From Bryobacterales bacterium (GTDB lineage: Bacteria > Acidobacteriota > Terriglobia > Bryobacterales > UBA6623): a stretch of DNA of 64,000 bases. Positions 36,327-45,342 of the stretch are shown here, one piece after another (positions within the stretch are counted from its first letter, which is position 1; every line of letters starts with the position of its first letter). The stretch is taken from contig OY729427.2 of NCBI GenBank assembly GCA_963422375.2, positions 64,001 through 128,000 on the forward strand, in the 5' to 3' direction. Below the pieces are notes generated by a model, which saw nothing but the letters and a program-made list of their open reading frames with translations, had not been told where the DNA came from and did no database searches. Made by a program: the position numbers and the translations under genes.

Positions 36327-39254
36327 TCAGGGAGTCCAATCCGCAGAAAACGAGCCCTTGAGGGAGGAGGTGGCGTATGACGGGCCCAAGCTCCAAGTTC
36401 CGATCACTCCAAGCGGGCCATCGATGCTCTCTCCAACAAACTTCCCCGTGAAGGTTCTCGACCCGCTCCACCGAGCGTCGGAACGACCGAAATTGAAGTA
36501 CCTCACTCGAACTTCGGGGTTGCTGGAGCTGAAGCCGATACCCGCTCGTGGGTTGGAAGACGTTACGGGGACGCCACGGAAGATGATCTCGTCGACTGCC
36601 GCGTTCCGGTAGACCAGCGGGTCTTCGCTGTCGATTGTGCGGAGGTCACGGATCACGGAGTTAACTCTAGCGCTCGACAGCCGCGCGCCCCACTGGACCG
36701 TGAGGCCGATACGGCCGGTGAAGACTCGGGCAAGCGGGGACTGTTCCACGGCGAGCGTGTCCCCTTCGTAGTAGCCGACACCTCCGCTGGGATAGCTCAG
36801 ATCGCCCGAGAAGTACGTGGTCTGCCTGAGCGGGCTGTAGGCGAAGGAGGAAGCGCCGTCGCTCTCCGCGCCTGCGCGAGCGCTGCGGCCGACGGTCTTA
36901 GCCCAGACACCGAAGCGTCCGTAGTTCGTGTGGCCGAAGTCGACCCTCATCGAGTAGAGCCGAATGTCGAATAGATCGTCGACGTCCGACACCAACCGCC
37001 TAGCAGTAGAGAAGATCCCGTCGGTCGCGAGCGAGTCTTGCAGCGTCGCGCGCGATTCGAGCGCGTCCGCGGCCTCGCGGAGGATCCTGCGGGCTTCGTT
37101 GTCGCGACGCGGACCGGAGGGATATGTCCCCAGCAATGTCCTAGCTGGATAGGCTGAACCGAACACGCGGCGCAGTGCGGCATTCGAATCGGACCAGATC
37201 TTCGTCCGCCTAGGCTGCAGGGTGGAATCGGAGGAACTCAAGTCGGTCCAGAAGTCGAGGATTCGGATCTGATTCTCGATCTCCTCCTTCGCCAAGTCGA
37301 CCAACGGCGTGCCTTGCCTCGCGGCGAAGCCGCTCGAATACAATTCGGAGACGTCGAATTCAAAATCTTCACCGTGAGGATCGCTCCCGCCGACGCGGAT
37401 CGCGCCGTCTGAATCGGGGGCGACCTCCAAGTGCGTTCTCGATGCAGTGCCTGAGTCATCGACAGCGGGCACCCGACGATCAGGCGACCTATCGTATTCC
37501 GCTCCGAAGGCTCCCGCCAGGATCGGCCTGGTGGAGCTCTCGGAGATCTCCCAAGTGCCAATCGCGGCCCCCCCGGGCTGCGCGCCCTCACCTACGAACC
37601 GGCCCTCGAGCTCGCCTCTCAATCGCCGAGGCCTAGGCCCGCCCGCAGCGAACGGATAGTTCACGACAGCGTAGCTAGAAGCCGCAACGCTGTCGAATGA
37701 GCCGACGCTACGGTTCAAACGGGCGGCTGGCAGGACGATCGATTCCGGACGCCATAGACCGAACCGCCACGAGGTGCCGCTGTCGCTGACCAAGTCCCTG
37801 ATCGTAACGCCGACTCGATTCGAGTTCAGCAGCACGTTCAGCTCGACGGTGCCGGCGTAGGACTCGCTCGGCTCGTCCGGCTGGACCGCGACGGTGCGAC
37901 CCACGAAGGTTGCCTGGCCGAAGCTCGGAAGTGCCGGCCTGTACGACGCATCCAGCGGGCTGTAGGCGAACGTGTCGAGACCCTCAGTGCGATTCAGGAG
38001 CTTGAGGTCGTCGTCCCAGCGATTGGCTCTCTTTAAGCGCATGTACGCCCCGAACCGCGTGTTCGGGGTTGTACCGAACCCAAGAATGGTCGCGCTGCGC
38101 ACTGCGTCGAAGGCATCGTCGACGTCGGCAAGGTCGATCGCTCCTCCATCGAAGATTCCGCCGTCCACGGCCGAACGGAAGTCCCTGATGCTCGAAAGCG
38201 CCAGTTGCGCGTCCTCCAAGCGCCCGTCGGCCGTGCGGACGTTTACCCGAGTGCCCCGCATTGGCAGGGTATACCCCAGAACCCGGTTAGCAGTCGAATC
38301 GCCAACAAGATCGGCCAGGGCCTGCCGAGCGGCCCTCCAGCGCGATTGCATAATATCCCTTAGGCCGCTTGCGTCGTCTTCGTAGAGGGACCGAAACGTG
38401 TCGAGGTTTTCTCGCACGGTCGCGATTACGTCGGCGGCATGCTGGGCGAAGGTCGTACTCCTGTTGACGCCTCCATCACGGGCCAGCTCCGTCAACGGGA
38501 AATCCACGCCGCCGATCCGGATCGACGTATCCCCGTTTGTGCCGCTCGCAACTGTCAAGGTGGGCTTCATGCCGACGTACGCACCCCGCCGGTCGTAGGC
38601 GAGCGAATCGATCGGGGCCGGGGTCGTGCCGCGATTACCCGGATCCGGCGTTCCCACGGACACCGGGTCTAAATGCCACGCGCCGTTACGCAAAGCGAAT
38701 CTGTAGGAGATTCCAGCTGAATCGCGCGCCCTGAGACCGGCTCGCAGAGGTCTACCCAGATAGGAATAGCTGCCGTCGCGGCTACGGAATATGCTGACCG
38801 ACTCGCCAGACCGGCCGAGCCGCACGCTGATGCGCTGCGAGGAGGGCTGCGCCTGCCACCTCCCCCCCGACCTCACCAGCGTGTACACCGTACCCTCGGC
38901 CGCCGTGACGACGTACCCGCTGGTCACGGGCTCGCCTCCCCACGAGAATCCGCCGGTTTCGATCTGTTTCAGGGTGATGGCGGAACCGCCGCTACCGAGA
39001 GCGACCCGCACCAAGCCCTGCAGGAACCTAGCGACGGGCCGCTCGCCCGAGACCGTAAGAACGTACTGGAGCCCGTTTCCGCCGATAACCACGAATCCAT
39101 CGTTCACGGTCTGGCCGTTCCATGTGTAGCCGCCGGAGTCCGATCGATTCAGAGTTGCAGTGCCGCCGTGATCGCCGAGCTGAACTGAAACCGGCTGCGC
39201 ATTGCCAAGGGCAGGAAGGAGCAGCACCGCAGAAAGCAACGCCGCAGTGCGCAT
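36327..39254 (-). CDS. Secreted surface protein: 3 x ~60-aa repeats + two TbpB-like lobes
   Basis: Signal peptide; repeats VxLGxxG..DGxY..Y.L...GxW; two lobes with RFG, FAYSPL, GRFVG..IGTW..G(A/S)F(G/S)A. Confidence 0.75.
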   Translation of the reverse strand: MRTAALLSAVLLLPALGNAQPVSVQLGDHGGTATLNRSDSGGYTWNGQTVNDGFVVIGGNGLQYVLTVSGERPVARFLQGLVRVALGSGGSAITLKQIETGGFSWGGEPVTSGYVVTAAEGTVYTLVRSGGRWQAQPSSQRISVRLGRSGESVSIFRSRDGSYSYLGRPLRAGLRARDSAGISYRFALRNGAWHLDPVSVGTPDPGNRGTTPAPIDSLAYDRRGAYVGMKPTLTVASGTNGDTSIRIGGVDFPLTELARDGGVNRSTTFAQHAADVIATVRENLDTFRSLYEDDASGLRDIMQSRWRAARQALADLVGDSTANRVLGYTLPMRGTRVNVRTADGRLEDAQLALSSIRDFRSAVDGGIFDGGAIDLADVDDAFDAVRSATILGFGTTPNTRFGAYMRLKRANRWDDDLKLLNRTEGLDTFAYSPLDASYRPALPSFGQATFVGRTVAVQPDEPSESYAGTVELNVLLNSNRVGVTIRDLVSDSGTSWRFGLWRPESIVLPAARLNRSVGSFDSVAASSYAVVNYPFAAGGPRPRRLRGELEGRFVGEGAQPGGAAIGTWEISESSTRPILAGAFGAEYDRSPDRRVPAVDDSGTASRTHLEVAPDSDGAIRVGGSDPHGEDFEFDVSELYSSGFAARQGTPLVDLAKEEIENQIRILDFWTDLSSSDSTLQPRRTKIWSDSNAALRRVFGSAYPARTLLGTYPSGPRRDNEARRILREAADALESRATLQDSLATDGIFSTARRLVSDVDDLFDIRLYSMRVDFGHTNYGRFGVWAKTVGRSARAGAESDGASSFAYSPLRQTTYFSGDLSYPSGGVGYYEGDTLAVEQSPLARVFTGRIGLTVQWGARLSSARVNSVIRDLRTIDSEDPLVYRNAAVDEIIFRGVPVTSSNPRAGIGFSSSNPEVRVRYFNFGRSDARWSGSRTFTGKFVGESIDGPLGVIGTWSLGPSYATSSLKGSFSADWTP

Positions 39255-39531
39255 GCGACTAGAATCCCCCATGGCAGTCACCTCGCTGTCGAATCCCTCA
39301 TGGCTGCTCGTTAGTCTACTCTACGGAGCAGACGAGACCTTCGACGGGATTCGGACTGAACTCTCCTCCGAAAGCTATGGGTCTTGGAGACACACCCCCA
39401 CGGTTCCGCCCCGGCGAGAGATTTCGACGGCCCGGTGGTTGGATTGACGTCAGGGACCGGCGCGGGGCGCCGTTCGCGCGGGCTTCCCCTTCGCACGCGC
39501 TGAGTGACCGAGCGCCCGGTCCGGCCCCGTC

Positions 39532-40007
39532 CTAGGCGAGTGCGGGCCGCTCAGCCGCTCCGGACCCCGGCTCCAGGGCCCTATCGGACTCGGCCAGCCG
39601 CCGTTTCTCGCGCGCGGCCTGCTGTCGCAGCAGCTCCTCCTGCACGCGCCGCGCCACCTCCGGCAGCAGCTGCGCCTTGCGCACCATCCGCAGCCAGCGG
39701 GACAGGTTCTTGCGCGCCGTCAACGCTTCCGGGTCGACGACCGGATCGCGGTAGGGCACGCCGTCGCGCAGCATCGCGAACGCGATGCGCAGGATCTTGT
39801 GCCCCAGCGCCACCGCCGCGCGTCCCGTGCCCCGCCGCGCGTCCCGTGCCCCGCCGCGCGTCCCGTGCCCCGCCGCGCGTCCCGTGCCCCGCCGCGCGGC
39901 CAGGGCGCGCTTGCGCGGGCCGAACTGCGTGTCCTTGGTGCGCGCCGCCGCGCGGGCGATCTCGCACAGGATGCGCCGTACGTACGCGTTGCCCTTGCGC
40001 CTGCGGC
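39532..40007 (-). pseudogene. IS110-family transposase 3' fragment
   Basis: KGNAYVRRILCEIARAAART, VALGHKILRIAFAMLRDGVPYRDP. Confidence 0.8.
39814..39898. repeat. 19-bp tandem repeat x4.5
   Basis: CGCCGCGCGTCCCGTGCCC x4 plus partial unit. Confidence 0.92.
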
Positions 40008-42163
40008 CTGCCTTTTACCCATCAGTCTTGGTTGAGGGCAGATCTTGGTACAAGTTGCTGGCTTGGTCCAGGTCGATCAGCCGCTCGTACCTCTGCGTGG
40101 CCGTAGCGAGTCGCGTGTAGCCCTCCCGGAGAACCTCGTGCCCGGGCGGGGGGATCGTGCTTGCGGTTGAGACAGCTGCCGAGCATCGCCGTGGTGAGCA
40201 CCGCGCGATCTAGGTTGTCGGGCGCCGGCACCTGGCGAGCCTTGGCGAAGTCGCCCGGCGCCCACAGCTCGGCGTCGGAGAACAGATCGCTTGGCGGCAG
40301 TTCGGGCGTGTCCCGGCCCGGCAGCGTCATCACGGTCAGGCGCCAGGCGATCACCGCCTTGATCGTGACCGCCCGCTCGATCCGCTCGCCGCGGCGATGG
40401 CCGAGGTGTTCCGCCCGGCAGCCGGACTTGAGCACCCGGTACCAGTCCTCGATGCGCCAGCGCAGGCGATACCAGGCGAGGATGCGCTCCGCGTCCGCCC
40501 GCGTCCGCACCGGCACGCTCGTCAGCAGGAACCATTCCAGCGGCTCGGCGCCGTCCGGGGCCGCGTCTTCCCGCACGTGCACCATGTTCAGGCGAATCGG
40601 CTCGCTCCCGCGCTCGGGTCCCGCTGCCGGCGCCGGCAGCGGGACCGTCTGCCAGCGCAGCGCCACCTCGGCCGCGCGCGCCGGGCGCAACTCGCTCGGC
40701 GCACAGCTCGAACACGTCCGCCTCGCGGTCCATGACCGCGACCGGCCGGGTCCCCCGCAGCTGCCCGGCCAGCTCGGCCGTGTCCCGCAGCCCGCGCACC
40801 CAGCACTGCGTCTCGCGCAGCTCGGCCGGCTGGTGCTTCCCGGCCCGGCCGTCGGGGGCCTCGAACTGGATCAGCGGCACGCCCGGCGGGATGCCGTCGC
40901 CGTTGACGGCCGGCGTCGAGTGCATGTGCAGGCCGAGGGTGCCCTTGGAACGGCTGTTCCTGCCGATCAGCCCCGGGCCGACGCAGCCCGGACACTCGGC
41001 GAAATTGAGGTCGCTGCCGTCCTGGATGCACAGCACGACGGCTTGGCCGTCCATGCGCTCCAGCGTGCGCGCACGGTGGGGGGCGAGAATGCTGGCGGGC
41101 GTGACGGCGGCCTCGGCCGGCTGGTCGATCATGCGGTAGCAGGCTTTCATCAGGGCGCGGTCGGACCGGGCTGCGGAGACGAACGAGGCCCGCGGCGCGT
41201 CGGCCATGGCGGCCGCGCATTGCACCAGGCGGCGGCTCCAGCGTACATCTCCCAGCGGAGCGCCGCCGAACTCGCGCGGGGGCGGCGGGGGCGCGGGCAC
41301 GCCCGGCTGGCGGCGCCAGTCGTGCCGCAGGGGATACAGGAAGACGGCCTTGACGGGCACGGTCGCGCCGGTCGGGGCGCAGCGCCCGCGGCCGGCGGTG
41401 CGGCCGACGTGAATCCAGTTGGCGGCCTTGAAGCTGGTGCCGGCATGGTGCCGGCGGTCGACGAAGGTCTCCGCGAGCAGGGGCTCGTAGCCGTAGCGCT
41501 GCTGGAAGTCGGCGGGGAGGCGGCGCAGGCCCGGGGCGAGGGCCTTGGAGGCGAGGTTGCGGCACTGCGCGCCGGGCCGGATCAGGAAGCGGCTGAGGGC
41601 GATCACGCGATGCAGCCGGTTGCGGCGGCGCTCGGCGTCCCAGCCGATCCAGCGGTCGCGGTCGGCGAGAGCCAGGGCGGAGGCGGCGAAGCCGAGGGCG
41701 CCGAGGATGCCGTGCCGCGAGAGCGGCAGGTAGCGCAGCTGGGGGCCGACGTGGCAGGCGGCGCCGCGGGGATGCTCGCGGGCGATCAGCTCGGTCCGGA
41801 GCCGGCGGCTGCGGTCGTCGGCGACGAGTTCGAGGCGCAGGTCCTCGACGGCGCCGGCGCGGGCCGGCACGGACCGCGGGGCCCCGACGGGGTGGCCGAG
41901 CCGTCGCGGGCGGCCGTGCCCGCCGTGGCGGACGGGCGGCGGGAGAGCGATGCTGTCGCGGGCGTGGAGGGTCCGCAAAACCTTCAGGCAGGTGACCAGC
42001 TGGGGGTTTCGTCGTGGAAGCGGAAGTCGGCGCACACGTGCGCGGCGAGCGCGGTGCGGTGGGGGAAGGTCTCCGCGTCCAGCAGCGCTCGCAGGCGCAG
42101 GAGACCTCCGGGCCCGACAGCGTTTCGAGAATGCGGTTCCGGGGCATGACCCATAGAAGGCAG
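40008..42163 (-). mobile_element. IS4-family (IS50/Tn5-like) element encoding a DUF4338-fused transposase, frameshifted and deleted
   Basis: IRs CTGCCTTTTA / TAGAAGGCAG; GILGALGF..RDRWIGW..SRFLIRP..NLASKAL..ETFVD..AANW; EFGGAPLGD; IQDGSDLNF; MDREAD; WYRLRWRIEDWYRVLKSGC. Confidence 0.82.
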
Positions 42164-42187
42164 CTCGGCGTAGAAGGCAGCTCGGCG

Positions 42188-42370
42188 GCAGATTGTCGAG
42201 GGCTCCGTGGGAAAAAGATTGAGCGGCTGCGACCGTCCCGCTGCCGGGGTCTCGCCGACTGCGCGGACTGGCCCTGCCGTCTGCCTATCCGAAGGCCCCA
42301 CTCCGCGACTCCCTGTGCCCGGGGCTTCCGTTAGTCCAGGCCCACTTATGGGGCATGGGCAGCCCACGCC
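42188..42370 (-). mobile_element. Putative IS110 5' end remnant
   Basis: Reads ..LNLFPTEPSTICRRAA up to the IS4 junction, where GLDVH would be expected; duplicated at 15427-15585; same strand as the IS110 3' fragment. Confidence 0.45.
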
Positions 42371-42472
42371 TGACCCCGGCCCGGCGTTTGCTCCGAAGGT
42401 ATTAGGGTGATCCAGAGACACCTCCCCAGCTCCACTTCGGCGATGTGTTGTTTCGATAGCCGGCTGGCGGGC

Positions 42473-43024
42473 CTAACGGCAAGCACCCGTTCGGGGCGCC
42501 GTTCGCACGGGCTTGCGCTGCGCTAGCATCGAGGTGACGGAGGGCCCCGGGCCAGCTCCGCCGCGGGCAATGGCCGGACGATCGATGGCTACCCCTCCCC
42601 CCCCCCGGCAGCGGGACGGACCCGCTTCGGCCAGCCTAGGCTGCACGCGGAATACCCGCCGAAGCAATGTATTCTTCTCCACGCGCCGCGTTCGCCAGCG
42701 TTTCGCCCCGCGCACTATCTGGACCCAGCGAGCCAGGTTCTTCCCGTCCGCGCATCCGCGTCCATTCCGGAATCGCGACAGGGCTCGCCGCACCGCAGGA
42801 GCGCGAACGCAATGCGCAGGATCTCGCGCCTCAGCGCCGCCTCCGCATGGCACATGCCGCGCCTCACGGTCACGGCGCGCCCAGGCATGCCGCCCCGTAG
42901 CGGTCTCGCACACGATGGGCCGCGCAGACGCGTTGCCCTTGCGGCATCGGCCAGCAGCGGCCATTGCCGACCAACTCGTGATTGCCCGGGCACACAGCAA
43001 TCTTGGTTTGGCTCGCCCTGACAC
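42473..43024 (-). pseudogene. Degenerate IS110 3' remnant
   Basis: KGNASARPIVCE, EILRIAFALLRCGEPCRD, KNLARWVQIVR across frames; similar to 39532-40007. Confidence 0.65.
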
Positions 43025-43427
43025 CCGATCGCTTCCTCGGCATGGAGTCGCGACCCGGAAAACTCAAGATTGTGGGATGGTTCGCGCTCACCCGTCATCA
43101 CTTCCGAATCTTGCAGTCGCGATACGAGAAACTCGCAGGGGCCGTGCCCGACCGAGACGGCTCGGTCCCCGCGGACTACTGGAACGGAACTACTGCAGGA
43201 AGAAATGGCTGGGCCAGACCAGGCGGGATGCCTGCGGAGCCGCGGCACTCTCAGCGCCGATCCCGGAAGGAAACTAATTGATCAGTTCAGGCAAGCGTCG
43301 GCGCGGGCGTCCCCAAGCGGATCTGCACCGCAGGACGGCGCGCCCCTTGCTGCCCGGCAGGAACAACGAAACTGGAATCGTCGTGCGAGCCCGGTCGCGG
43401 GCCGCGGCACAGTGGAAGAACCCCCTC

Positions 43428-44260
43428 ATGGCAGCGAAGAGCAAGATCGCCCGGAAGCAGACGTGGAAAGAGCTGGCGGTGATCGGAATCGACATCGGCA
43501 AGTGCAGCGTGCATCTGGTCAGCATGGACCGGCACGGCATGCCGCTGGTCAAGGCGAAGCGCACGAAGCAGAGGGTCGCGGAGGTGCTGGGCGCACTGCA
43601 GCCCTGCGTGATCGACATGGAGGCCTGCAGCGGGGCGCACTACCTGGGGCGGCTGCAGCGGGAGCTCCGTCGCGAGGTGCGGCTGATGCCGCCGAAGTAC
43701 GTCAAGCCGTACGTCAAGCGGGACAAGACGGACTTCGACGACCCGGAGGCCAGCCAGCGCCCGACGATGCGCTCGGTGCCGCTGAAGTCGGAAGAGCAGC
43801 TGACGATGCAGTCGCTGCACCGGCTGCGCTCGCGGCTGGCGCGCGCGTCGGCCCGATCAGCCAGATCCGCGGCGTCCTGCCAGAGCGGGAAATCGCGGTG
43901 TCGCAGGGCACGACCAAGCTGGCCGCGGCCCTGCCGGGCATCCTCGAGGATGTCGGCGACGGTCATTCGGACCGTATGCGCGCGATGGTCGCCAGCAGGG
44001 TCGTCGAGTGGGAGGAGCTGGACCGGCGCGAGGCGGAGCTCAACGGTGAGGTGGCGCGGGAGTGCAAGGGGAACGAGGCCTGCCGCAGGCTGGACGAGAT
44101 CGCGGGCATCGGCCCGCTGATCGCGACCGCGCCGGTGGGGGCAGCCGGCGACGGGGCGGCCTTCGAGCGGGCCCGGGACTTCACGGCTTGGTTGGGGCTG
44201 ACGCCCCGCGAGGACGCGACCGGCGGCAAGCGGCGCCTGGGCCGTCCCCAGCAAGGGTGA
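43428..44260 (+). pseudogene. IS110-family (IS1111-like) transposase, frameshifted and 3'-truncated
   Basis: VIGIDIGK, MEACSGAHY, PPKYVKPYVKRDKTD, GIGPLIATA, ARDFTAWLGLTPRE.ATGGK. Confidence 0.85.
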
Positions 44261-45009
44261 GCGCTTCCGCTCGGCTCCGGAGATCGCCGCCCGGGGGCGC
44301 CCGACGGCTGCCCGGCGCTCCGCGCCGGCGGTCGCGAGCGGCGGCCGGACAAGCCGGCCGCCGCGGAGCACCCGCGAGACGGGGCGCGAGCCCCGCATTT
44401 CGCCCGCACATGCGAATCGAAGGACCAACGGTCGCACCGTCGTTGCGGGACCCTGCCTGTTTGGATGGCCCTCGGAGGTCAGCGGCATTATCGGAAGTGT
44501 GAAGCGCGGAACACATCGTGGCCCGGGACCGGCAAGGCTCTGGGAGGTCGGATCTATTCGCGCGGTTCCGTTCCGTCCGGAAAGACGCTGGCGCAGGTAC
44601 CAGACGGCGAACCAAATGTCCGAACATCGGCCGTTTTAGGTTGTCCAAGAGGCTCGCACCGCAGCCGACCGGGACGGTGTGGCCGGGGCGACGAGCTGGC
44701 CGCAGGGACACGCAGACGGCCTTGGGGCGAGCAGCCGCGGACGCATGGATCGGGGCCTTGGCGCCGGCACATTCGAGTGGGAGACCGGTGTCGCCGGTGA
44801 CTGCGCCTAGCACGTCGACCAGCCGACGGGGACGGGTGCCGGGAGCGGCGCGGTCTACGCCGGGGAGGGCCGTCGGCGGCCGCGACTGCGGACGCTCTCC
44901 GCGAAATCCGCCGCGGTCGGTAACGGCTAGCTTGGGATCCGGTCGGCGACCGTGGCCGGGTCCGGGCGCCGGGGAAGCCCGCGCTCCCAAAGCGGCGGCC
45001 GCGTTACGC

Positions 45010-45280
45010 CCCTGCCGGGCGCGGTTGAGGTCCTCAGTCAGCGGCCCGTACACCTCGTCGCGGGCCCGCGTGGATTGGCGCAGCAGGCTGACGGTGAGGG
45101 TGCCCGCGGCCGGGTCCTAGCGCAGGTCGGACTCGCTGCAGAACAACGCCTGCACCGGCTCGCGGGCCGTCTGGGGCTTGGCCGGCTCGGGCGCGACTAC
45201 GGCCGCCTCGGGCCGGAAGGCCGCCATGCGCACAGTCGCGAGGAGGTGGTGGCGCAGCGGTTCGGGCAGGGTCATCACCT
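45010..45280 (-). pseudogene. C-terminal remnant of a putative transposase
   Basis: Manual translation LATVRMAAFRPEAA..ALFCSESDLR*DPAAGTLTVSLLRQSTRARDE..LTEDLN resembles C-termini of the type TIKMIAYRAET..DLIPD..TLTVRL..ELN (from memory). Confidence 0.45.
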
Positions 45281-45342
45281 AGTCCTCCGGGTTCGGCTCG
45301 CCCGCCAAGATCTGCTGCCGACACTGGCTCATGCCCCATGCC

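Noticed and set aside
39814..39898. Possible CRISPR array (also 34339-34380)
   Set aside because: Head-to-tail repeats without spacers; no cas genes recognised.
43048..43122. Imperfect hairpin (TCGCGAC..CAAGATT / AATCTTG..GTCGCGA) upstream of an IS110 fragment
   Set aside because: Single copy with short stems; no recognisable riboswitch or RNA motif.
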